From: Thermoanaerobaculia bacterium | GTDB taxonomy: Bacteria; Acidobacteriota; Thermoanaerobaculia; Multivoradales; UBA5704 | Direction: 5' to 3' | Assembly: GCA_035536455.1 (NCBI GenBank) | Contig: DATLOC010000053.1 | Span: 61,095 to 125,094 of the forward strand | DNA: 64,000 nucleotides | Part shown: positions 49,640 to 56,323 of the stretch, piece by piece | Layout: every line of letters starts with the position of its first letter | Position numbering within the stretch: position 1 is the stretch's first letter | Translations under genes and position numbers: made by a program | Notes under the pieces: model-generated | Told to the model about the DNA's origin: nothing | The model's input: only the letters and a program-made list of their open reading frames with translations | Databases searched by the model: none

Positions 49640-50223
49640 GGAAGGCCAACCAGTCGCTGCTCGACCTCTTCCTCGAGCTCCAGCTCCTCGACCGCATCCC
49701 GCGCGCCGGCTACGTGCTGCGCGGCGTCGCCTACCCGGAGAGCGTCACCGAGCACTCCTGGCACACCGCCTTCCTGGTCTGGGCGCTGGCGGCGGAGGCC
49801 CCCGAGGTGGACCGCGAGCGGGCCGTCGGCATCGCCCTCGTCCACGACCTCGCCGAGCTGCGCATCGGCGACCTCCCGCGCACCGCGGCGCGCTACTTCC
49901 CCGAAGGCGTCAAGCAAGCCGCCGAGACCGCGGCGATCGACGAGGTCCTGGCGCCGCTCCCCGAGGAGGCGCGCCGGCTCTACCGCGAGTACCTGGAGGG
50001 AACGACACCGGAGGCGAAGCTGGTCAAGGCCTGCGACAAGCTCCAGCTCATGGTGAAGGTCGCCGTCTACGAGCGCTGGGGGACGGGAGCGCTGGCGGAG
50101 TTCTGGGACAACCCCGACAACTTCCCCGACGGCGGCTTCCCGGCGGTCAAGGAGCTGTTCGAGGAGCTGCGGAAACGGCGGGAGCAGAACCGGCTGCCGA
50201 TGCCGGGGCCGGTGGCGGAGTAG
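49636..50223 (+). CDS. HD-domain phosphohydrolase (YfbR-like 5-prime-nucleotidase family)
   Basis: ESVTEHSWHTAFL ... ALVHDLAELRIGDLP (H...HD...D). The GTG start overlaps the upstream stop (GTGA). Confidence 0.8.
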   Translation: MRKANQSLLDLFLELQLLDRIPRAGYVLRGVAYPESVTEHSWHTAFLVWALAAEAPEVDRERAVGIALVHDLAELRIGDLPRTAARYFPEGVKQAAETAAIDEVLAPLPEEARRLYREYLEGTTPEAKLVKACDKLQLMVKVAVYERWGTGALAEFWDNPDNFPDGGFPAVKELFEELRKRREQNRLPMPGPVAE

Positions 50224-50253
50224 AGTTAAGCTAGCTACTCGGCGACGCTAGCC

Positions 50254-50481
50254 ATGACTTTCACGCGGATCACGATCGACCCCAAGCAGATGGGCGGAGT
50301 CCCCTGCATCCGCCGACTGCGCATCCCCGTGGCGACCATCGTCGACATGGTGGCCGAGGGTCTAGGCGTCGAAGAGATCCTCGAGGCCTATCCGGACTTG
50401 GAGGCGGAGGACGTCAAGGAGGCCCTACGCTACGCCGCCGAGGCCGTCCGGGAGCGTGAGCTGCCGCTCGTCTCGGCCTGA
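50254..50481 (+). CDS. DUF433-family antitoxin-like protein
   Basis: ITIDPKQMGGVPCIRRLRIPVATIVDMVAEGLGVEEILEAYPDLEAEDVKEALRYA is the DUF433 pattern. Confidence 0.8.
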   Translation: MTFTRITIDPKQMGGVPCIRRLRIPVATIVDMVAEGLGVEEILEAYPDLEAEDVKEALRYAAEAVRERELPLVSA

Positions 50482-50849
50482 TGCGCTTCCTGATCGACAA
50501 CGCCCTCTCTCCAGCACTCGCAGCGGCACTCGGCAACTCGGGGCACGACGCGGTCCACGTCCGCGACGTAGGTCTGCGTAACGCGGACGACGAGGACATC
50601 ATGCTCTTCGCCGCCACGGAAGCGCGGATCGTCGTGTCGGCCGATACCGACTTCGGCGCACTGCTGGCTCTCTACGAGCGACAACTGCCGTCTCTGATTC
50701 TCTTCCGGCGGGGCTCGCCCCGAGCGCCCATCCGCCAGGCAGCCCTCCTGCTTGCCAACCTTCCTCAGCTTGAAGAAGACCTTCAGCGCGGCGCCGTCGT
50801 GAGCATCCACGCCGGTCGCCTTCGCATTCGGCTACTTCCCTTGCGCTAG
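50481..50849 (+). CDS. DUF5615-family PIN-like (Mut7-C-like) putative toxin
   Basis: MRFLIDNALSP...GHDAVHVRDVGL..ADDEDIMLFA..EARIVVSADTDFG. The start shares one base with the DUF433 stop (TGATG). Confidence 0.75.
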   Translation: MRFLIDNALSPALAAALGNSGHDAVHVRDVGLRNADDEDIMLFAATEARIVVSADTDFGALLALYERQLPSLILFRRGSPRAPIRQAALLLANLPQLEEDLQRGAVVSIHAGRLRIRLLPLR

Positions 50850-51083
50850 AAGCAGCCCGCGGATCGCCTCGCCATCTAGCTCGTCGAGGAGCTGCCAGCC
50901 GTTGACGACCTCGCCGTGGTCGGCTTGGAGGATCGACTCCAGCAGGAGCGCCTGCTCTTCCAGGGAGAGGGTGAAGCCCTCCTGGGCTTCCGGCACCAGG
51001 AGGGTGACCGTCGCACCCTCCTCGAGAGTCCCGTCAGGCACGTCCAACTTGCCGCCGACGACCTTCGCGGTGATGACCTTCAT
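50832..51083 (-). CDS. small antitoxin-like protein (DUF104-like N-terminus)
   Basis: MKVITAKVVGGKLDVPDGTLEEGATVTLLV resembles the DUF104 antitoxin beta-barrel start. 83 aa. Convergent 18-nt overlap with the PIN-like gene. Confidence 0.5.
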   Translation of the reverse strand: MKVITAKVVGGKLDVPDGTLEEGATVTLLVPEAQEGFTLSLEEQALLLESILQADHGEVVNGWQLLDELDGEAIRGLLLAQGK

Positions 51084-51095
51084 ACAAGCTTTGGT

Positions 51096-51485
51096 CTATG
51101 CCAGCTCGCGCTTGATGCGCTCCACTAAGCCGCGGGCCGCTGCGATCTCTTCGCGCGCGCCGGCATCGTCGACGACGAACGCCCGGGCGTAGTCGGCTTC
51201 CTCGCGGAACTTCTGCAGCCGCGCCAGCAACCGCGAGGTGGCGGGATCGTAGACCCCGGGCTTCACGAGGTGCGCGTTCCACAGGTGCTGGACCCCGCCG
51301 TGGCTCCGCGGCTCGAGCCCGTCGGCGTAGAGCCGGGCGCGTACCGCGTGGAAGACGGCGAAGTAAGCGCGCGCGAGGGCGATGCGAGGGTGGCCCAGCT
51401 CCAGGAGATGATCGGCGACCCGCAGCTCCTCGTCGGCGAGCTCGAGCTCCGCCGCCGCCGCGTTGCGGCGGCCCTCGGCGGTCAG
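51096..51485 (-). CDS. HEPN-domain protein (toxin partner of the nucleotidyltransferase)
   Basis: AELELADEELRVADHLLELGHPRIALARAYFAVFHAVRARLYADGLEPRSHGGV...FREEADY shows the HEPN layout, including the R-x4-6-H-like RSHGG. There is no ATG/GTG/TTG near the domain start. I provisionally placed the start at CTG 51485, overlapping the upstream stop (CTGA). The ORF-track start at 51644 would overlap the upstream gene by 160 nt. Confidence 0.7.
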   Translation of the reverse strand: MTAEGRRNAAAAELELADEELRVADHLLELGHPRIALARAYFAVFHAVRARLYADGLEPRSHGGVQHLWNAHLVKPGVYDPATSRLLARLQKFREEADYARAFVVDDAGAREEIAAARGLVERIKRELA

Positions 51486-51838
51486 AGCGGGATCCCCTCG
51501 CGCTCTATATCCACGAGCAGCGGGCGCTCCTGGGCGCGCCAGAGAGCGTAGGTTTCGCGATCGAAGATGGCGGGAGAGAGGCGCAGGTCCAAGGGGAGAC
51601 CGACGTCCGTGGCGAGGTCGATCACGTCCCGCTGCGTCGTCCAATCAACGCGTTCCAGCACGACCGCCACGTCGACATCGGAGTCCTCGTCGGCTTCGCC
51701 GCGCGCGAACGAGCCGAAGAGGCGCACCTCGACGACGGCGTCGCCGAGCCGCCGGCGGAGCTCCTGAGCGAAGCGGGCGGCGGCGGTATACGCGAGTGGC
51801 GCGACGGCGACCTTGGGCTCGGCCATGGGACGGGCCAT
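51482..51838 (-). CDS. minimal nucleotidyltransferase (MNT-type antitoxin)
   Basis: LFGSFARGEADEDSDVDVAVV is the GS-x10-DxD nucleotidyltransferase motif. 118 aa. Confidence 0.85.
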   Translation of the reverse strand: MARPMAEPKVAVAPLAYTAAARFAQELRRRLGDAVVEVRLFGSFARGEADEDSDVDVAVVLERVDWTTQRDVIDLATDVGLPLDLRLSPAIFDRETYALWRAQERPLLVDIEREGIPL

Positions 51839-51887
51839 GGTAACACTCGGACTTCTGGCTGCCGCCGCAGCGCTCCTGTCGTTCGTT

Positions 51888-52265
51888 GGGGATTAAGGGT
51901 GCGACGCTCCGCGACGCCCGCCGAGCGGCGGCCAATGGCCTGCGGGAGGCGCGGAACTCCTTGCGGCGGCTTCGGAACCCTTTCCCGGAGCGTGGGAATG
52001 GGTTGCGCGGGCCGGGGAATGGGTTGCGGAGCGCCGGGAACCCTTTCCGAGCGCCTCGGAATAGGTTCCGCAGCGCGCGCAACCCATTCCCGGCGTCGCG
52101 CAATCGATTCCCGGCGCCGCGCAGGAGGTTCCGTCGGGCGCGCAGGAGGTTCCGAGGTCCCGGGAAGACATTGGGAGGCTCCACCGGGGCGTCTGAAGGT
52201 CGCGCGGGGACATTCCGGGGCTTCCGGCGGGCGTTACGCCAGGCGCGCAGGATCTCGGCCGGCAC
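51888..52265. repeat. tandem array of about 18 units of 21 bp related to the 29101-29500 array, with unit orientation switching in the middle
   Basis: 21-bp register: 51993 tgggaatgggttgcgcgggcc; 52014 ggggaatgggttgcggagcgc; 52035 cgggaaccctttccgagcgcc; 52056 tcggaataggttccgcagcgc; 52077 gcgcaacccattcccggcgtc; 52098 gcgcaatcgattcccggcgcc; 52119 and 52140 gcgcaggaggttcc.... GGGAATGGGTTGCG (left) is the exact reverse complement of CGCAACCCATTCCC (right). Confidence 0.85.
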
Positions 52266-52298
52266 GCTGGCCTGGCGCGGCCCGCCGAGGGCCGGGAC

Positions 52299-52898
52299 CT
52301 ACTCGCTTCGCCGGCGCGACTTGCCCTTTTCGCCTTCCAGCTCGATGCCGCGCTTGCCGAGGAGCTTCTTGAGGCGGGCGTAGATGTTCTCGCCGAGGAG
52401 GGAGTTGGCGGTGGTCGTCAGGTCGCGCAGCACGGTGCGCAGCTCCTCGGAGCCGCTCCAGTGGCGGCGGGCGTAGTTCTCCAGCTCGCCGCCGAAGGCC
52501 TGGGAGAGGACGGCCGCGGCGAGGACCAGGTCCTCCAGATAGCCGGCGCCGCCGATCAGCGCTTCGGGGAGGAGGTCGGTCGGCAGGATGAAGTACGCGA
52601 TGGCGCCGCCGATCAGCGCGCGCGTCGGCCCCGGGACGTCCTTGTCGAGGGCCAGCCGCACCAGCAGCATGAAGACGTCGGGGACGAGGAGGAGCGCCTT
52701 GAGCGCCTTGCCCGAGAGCTTCCCGCCCTTGCTCTCGGCGGTCGTGACCACCCGGCCGCGCAGCCGGTCGTAGAAGGAGAGGAGGCCGGTCGAGCGCAGC
52801 TCGCTCTCGAGCTCGGCGCCGCCGCGGACGAGCGCCGTCTCCGAGCGCTCCTCCGCCGCCGCGATCTCCACGTCAGGGTCCTTCGTCAGGTTGGCCAT
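52299..52898 (-). CDS. DUF1232 (YkvA-like) membrane protein
   Basis: AIAYFILPTDLLPEALIGGAGYLEDLVLAAAVL matches the Y..xP.DliPd..p..GyxDD pattern of DUF1232. Confidence 0.7.
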   Translation of the reverse strand: MANLTKDPDVEIAAAEERSETALVRGGAELESELRSTGLLSFYDRLRGRVVTTAESKGGKLSGKALKALLLVPDVFMLLVRLALDKDVPGPTRALIGGAIAYFILPTDLLPEALIGGAGYLEDLVLAAAVLSQAFGGELENYARRHWSGSEELRTVLRDLTTTANSLLGENIYARLKKLLGKRGIELEGEKGKSRRRSE

Positions 52899-52950
52899 GG
52901 CTCCCTCCGCTGCCTACTCAGCGCTTCAAGCGGCGTGCCACGCACGCCTT

Positions 52951-53937
52951 CTAGAAGATATACGCAATCGCGAACCCCACCTGCGCCGCCATCAGCATCA
53001 GGTACATGTGGCGCCAGGAGGGGTGGTTCTCGGTCGCGGTGAGCGAGGAGGGGTCGCGCACCAGGAGCCAGACGGTGTAGCAGCCCCAGAGGGTCAAGAG
53101 GACCCCCAGGGCGACGAGCAGCACCGGGTTGCCGGTCAGGATCGGCAGGCTCGGGTCTTTCGGGTCGCGCAGCCAGATGCCGAGCGGCACCAGGAGCCAG
53201 GGGAGGACGAAGAAGGGGCTCATGATCCACGCCGCCTTCTTGACGCCGTGGATGATCGGCAGCGTGCGGCAGCCGCCGGCGCGGTCCCCCTCGATGTCGG
53301 CGAAGTCCTTGGTCGAGGCGGCGCCGAGGAGGAAGAGGGCGAAGACCGCGCCGATGTACCAGGGCTCGGCGTACCAGACCGGCGCCACCATCCCCCACCC
53401 CGCGACCTTGAGCAGCATCCCGCGCGGGATGGCGATCGTCCAGTTGGCGAGCATGCCGCGCGTCTTCGTCCGCCCGAGCTGCGGCGCCGAGTAGACGAAG
53501 GTGAAGAGGAGACCGGCCAGGTAGATGAAGAAGCAGGCGCGCAGGCCGATCGGCGCCTGGAGCTTCTCGGCCAGCGTGTCGTAGGGGTAGGGCACGACCA
53601 GCCAGACCGGGATGAGCGCCAGGGCGTAGAAGACCCAGGTGAACCCCCACGCCTCGCGCAGCGACAGCTCGCCGGTCACCAGCGGCCGCCCCGGCTTGTT
53701 GAGGCGGTCAATCTCCAGGTCGTAGACCTGGTTGATGGCGTTCGAGGCCGCGTTCATGAAGGCGGCGCAGAGCGAGCCCAGCGCCACGGTGCCGACGACC
53801 GCCCAGGTGAGGCGGCGAGCCGGGTCGGGGTTGTGGGCCGAGCCGAAGGCGCAGATCGCCCCGGAGACGATGCCGAGGAGCGGCGGCAGCAGGGTGAACG
53901 GGCGGGCGAGCCGGACGTAGAGGGAGAGCTTCTTCAT
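52951..53937 (-). CDS. UbiA-superfamily aromatic/glyceryl prenyltransferase (DGGGPS/ChlG-like subgroup)
   Basis: ATG 53937. First Asp-rich motif NAINQVYDLEIDRLNKPGRPLVTGELS and second motif KDFADIEGDRAGGCRTLP. About 8-9 TM helices. Confidence 0.85.
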   Translation of the reverse strand: MKKLSLYVRLARPFTLLPPLLGIVSGAICAFGSAHNPDPARRLTWAVVGTVALGSLCAAFMNAASNAINQVYDLEIDRLNKPGRPLVTGELSLREAWGFTWVFYALALIPVWLVVPYPYDTLAEKLQAPIGLRACFFIYLAGLLFTFVYSAPQLGRTKTRGMLANWTIAIPRGMLLKVAGWGMVAPVWYAEPWYIGAVFALFLLGAASTKDFADIEGDRAGGCRTLPIIHGVKKAAWIMSPFFVLPWLLVPLGIWLRDPKDPSLPILTGNPVLLVALGVLLTLWGCYTVWLLVRDPSSLTATENHPSWRHMYLMLMAAQVGFAIAYIF

Positions 53938-53942
53938 CGCGC

Positions 53943-55304
53943 TCACCGCACCAGGGGCGCCAGCGCCATCGCGGCCAGCGCCCCGATCAGGGTGTTGAGG
54001 AAGTTGACCGCCTCGTTGTCGAGCCAGCCGCGCTTCTCGATCGTCGCGCCGACGACGCTCTCCAGGGTCGACCCCAGGAAGGCGGCGAGGACCACCGGCA
54101 GCACGCCGGCCCAGGGGTAGAGCCCGACCGCCGCGCCAAGCGCCGCGACGACGAGCGACGCGGCGACGCCGGCGAGCGTGCCTTCGAGCGACACCGCCCC
54201 CTGCGTGCCGCGCGGCACCGGGCGGAGGGTGGTGATGAGGAACGTGCGGCGGCCGAGGAGCTGGCCGATCTCGGATGAGGCGGTGTCGGCGGCGGCGGTG
54301 GCGAAGGCGCCGGCGAAGGCGAGGGCGAAGAGCGCCGGGTGCGGCGTCACCGCGGCGAAGAGAGCGCACGCCGCCGCGACGCCGCTGTTGGCCAGGGCGT
54401 GGCGCGCGCCGCGCCGCCCCCCCGCCTCCTGCGCCAGCTTGGCCGCCGCCTTCTTGCGGTAGCCGAGCTTGGTGGCGGCGCTGCCGAGGACGAAGAAGGC
54501 GACGAGGAGCAGGAACCCGCGCCAGTCGAGGAAGGCCCAGATCGCCGTCCCCAGGATCCAGCCGGCGACGACCCCCGAGACGTTCACCGTGCGCGCCGCG
54601 TAGGCGGCGGCGGCCAGGGCGGCGTTGACCGCGGCGCCGACCAGCAGGCGCGTGCCGATGCCGCTCGCCAGCCACCGCTCCCACCCCCCTTGCGTCAGCA
54701 GCAGGCCGAAGAGGAAGAGCCCGGTCAGGAGCGGCACGCCCAAGTTGTCGTCCAGCCCCTGCGGCAGCGACTCCAGCCAGGCGGCGAAGAGCGCCGCGGT
54801 CGCCCCCACCGCCACCGCGAACGGCCACTCGTAGCGGCCGGGCGCCGTCCAGAAGAGCAGCCCCGCCGCCGCCACCGTGCCGAAGAGGACGTAGGCCGCG
54901 CTCCCGGCCCAGCTCTTCCGCGGGTTCCAGGGGAGCTCGCGCCGGCCGAGCGTCATGCCGACGACCGACGCCATGCCGTCGCCGAAGGCGAGGATCCCCC
55001 AGCACGCCGCCGCCACCTCCAGCCGCCGCCAGAAGAGGAGCACGAGGAGGAGCACGGCGAGCGGATAGAGGACGATGCCGGCCGAGCCGCCGGCCGCGAG
55101 CTCGGCGTCGCGCCAGAGGCGCCGGCCGCCGACCCGCGGCAGCAGGTACAGGTTCATCAAGAGGGCCGAGCCCGCCAGCACCGCCGACCAGAACGGCCCG
55201 AGCGGCCGCAGGGCGAGGGCGAAGAGCCCGGTCCCCATGTGGACGGTCTTGCGCAGCAGCTCGCGGCGCAGGAGCGCCGAGCCGGGGGCGGGTGCCGGCG
55301 TCAC
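53943..55304 (-). CDS. fusion of a phytol/dolichol-kinase-like (VTE5/CTP-dependent) domain and a DUF92/TMEM19 (VTE6 phytyl-phosphate-kinase-like) domain
   Basis: GTG 55304 overlaps the upstream stop (GTGA). N-half: LLRKTVHMGTGL ... LAFGDGMASVVGMTLGRRELPWNPRKSWAGSAAYVLFG (VTE5/dolichol kinase motifs). C-half: GARHALANSGVAA...ATAAADTASSEIGQLLGRRTFLITTLRPVPRGTQGAVSLEGTLAG (DUF92 motifs). Confidence 0.75.
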   Translation of the reverse strand: MTPAPAPGSALLRRELLRKTVHMGTGLFALALRPLGPFWSAVLAGSALLMNLYLLPRVGGRRLWRDAELAAGGSAGIVLYPLAVLLLVLLFWRRLEVAAACWGILAFGDGMASVVGMTLGRRELPWNPRKSWAGSAAYVLFGTVAAAGLLFWTAPGRYEWPFAVAVGATAALFAAWLESLPQGLDDNLGVPLLTGLFLFGLLLTQGGWERWLASGIGTRLLVGAAVNAALAAAAYAARTVNVSGVVAGWILGTAIWAFLDWRGFLLLVAFFVLGSAATKLGYRKKAAAKLAQEAGGRRGARHALANSGVAAACALFAAVTPHPALFALAFAGAFATAAADTASSEIGQLLGRRTFLITTLRPVPRGTQGAVSLEGTLAGVAASLVVAALGAAVGLYPWAGVLPVVLAAFLGSTLESVVGATIEKRGWLDNEAVNFLNTLIGALAAMALAPLVR

Positions 55305-56305
55305 CGCTTCCACTGCCCGGTCTCCTCCAGCCAGCGGAAGGTGGCGGCGAGCCCCTCGTCGAGGCCGCGGGCGCGCCAGCCGAGGTCGGCCGCGGCGCGC
55401 GCCGAGTCGTAGGCCCAGTCGTGGCGGTAGACCTCGACCAGGTCGGGGGTGAGCTTCGGCGTGCCGCCCGTCAGCCGCGCCCACCCTTTTTGCGCCGCGC
55501 CCAGCGCCTTCGCCAGCCCGTCCGGCATGCGGCGGCGCGGCACCGGCACGCCGGAGAGCCGCTCGACCGTGCCGTAGAACGTGCCGAGCGTCACGTTCGG
55601 CCCGCCGAGGACGTAGCGGCTGCCGGGCGCCGCCCGCTCCAGGGTCGCCGCCACGCCGCGCGCCACGTCCTCGACGTAGGCGTAGCTCCAGCGCCGGTCG
55701 GGCGAGCCGACGAGCGCCGGCAGGCGCCGGTGGAGGAGGTCGAGCAGGTGGCGCACCACGATGTTGCCTTCGGTCATCTCGCCGGGGCCGTAGATCACCC
55801 CCGGGTAGACGACCGTGACCGGCGCCCGCTCGGCAATGGCGCGGCGGGCCAGCCGGTCGGCCAGGGTCTTGGTCTCCTCGTAGGGGTTGATCCAGGGGCG
55901 GTCGGCGGCGGTGTCGGCCGCCTCGTCGAGGACGCCGCCCGGCGCCTGCTCGGAAGGCCCGAGGGCGATGAAGCTCGAGACGTAGACGACTTTCCCCACC
56001 CCCGCCGAACGCGCCGCCGCGAGCACGTTCTCGAGCCCGCCGACGTTGATGCGCTCGAACTCCGCGCGCGGCGCCAGGATCTTGACCAGCGCCGCGGCGT
56101 GGACGATCGCCTCGCAGCCGGCGGCCGCCCGCTCCAAGCTGTCGCGGTCGGTGACGTCGCCGGCGGCGAGCTCCACGCCTTCCGGGAAGGGCGCGCGCGC
56201 TCCGGCGCGCGGCCGCACCAGCAGCCGCAGGGCGTGGCGCGGCGCCAGCTCCTCGACCAGGCGGCGGCCGAGGAACCCGGTGCCGCCGGTGACGAGGACC
56301 CTCAC
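55301..56305 (-). CDS. NAD(P)-dependent epimerase/dehydratase-family SDR (dihydroflavonol-reductase-like)
   Basis: MRVLVTGGTGFLGRRLVEEL Rossmann motif; extended SDR with YxxxK region (PYEETKTLAD). Confidence 0.8.
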   Translation of the reverse strand: MRVLVTGGTGFLGRRLVEELAPRHALRLLVRPRAGARAPFPEGVELAAGDVTDRDSLERAAAGCEAIVHAAALVKILAPRAEFERINVGGLENVLAAARSAGVGKVVYVSSFIALGPSEQAPGGVLDEAADTAADRPWINPYEETKTLADRLARRAIAERAPVTVVYPGVIYGPGEMTEGNIVVRHLLDLLHRRLPALVGSPDRRWSYAYVEDVARGVAATLERAAPGSRYVLGGPNVTLGTFYGTVERLSGVPVPRRRMPDGLAKALGAAQKGWARLTGGTPKLTPDLVEVYRHDWAYDSARAAADLGWRARGLDEGLAATFRWLEETGQWKR

Positions 56306-56323
56306 GCCGCGGCCGCGCTCCGG

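Noticed and set aside
50224-50253. GCTAGC ... GCTAGC inverted pair after the HD gene as a terminator
   Set aside because: The stem is only 6 bp with an 11-nt loop and no U-tract, which is too weak to call.
51645-52383. Arg-rich heptad-repeat ORFs across the 21-bp array (51645..52265 minus; 51886..52383, 51899..52372 plus; 51893..52213 minus)
   Set aside because: Four mutually exclusive frames are open. The heptads arise on both strands because the unit is half-palindromic. The minus ORF would overlap the MNT gene by ~190 nt and the plus ORF would overlap the DUF1232 gene end. The products would be extremely basic low-complexity chains. I kept this as a caveat in the array finding.
52951-53937. 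Calling the UbiA protein a (bacterio)chlorophyll synthase or an archaeal-type DGGGP synthase
   Set aside because: The Asp-rich motifs alone do not discriminate between subfamilies, and no photosynthesis or G1P-lipid genes are in the window. The call is kept at superfamily level.
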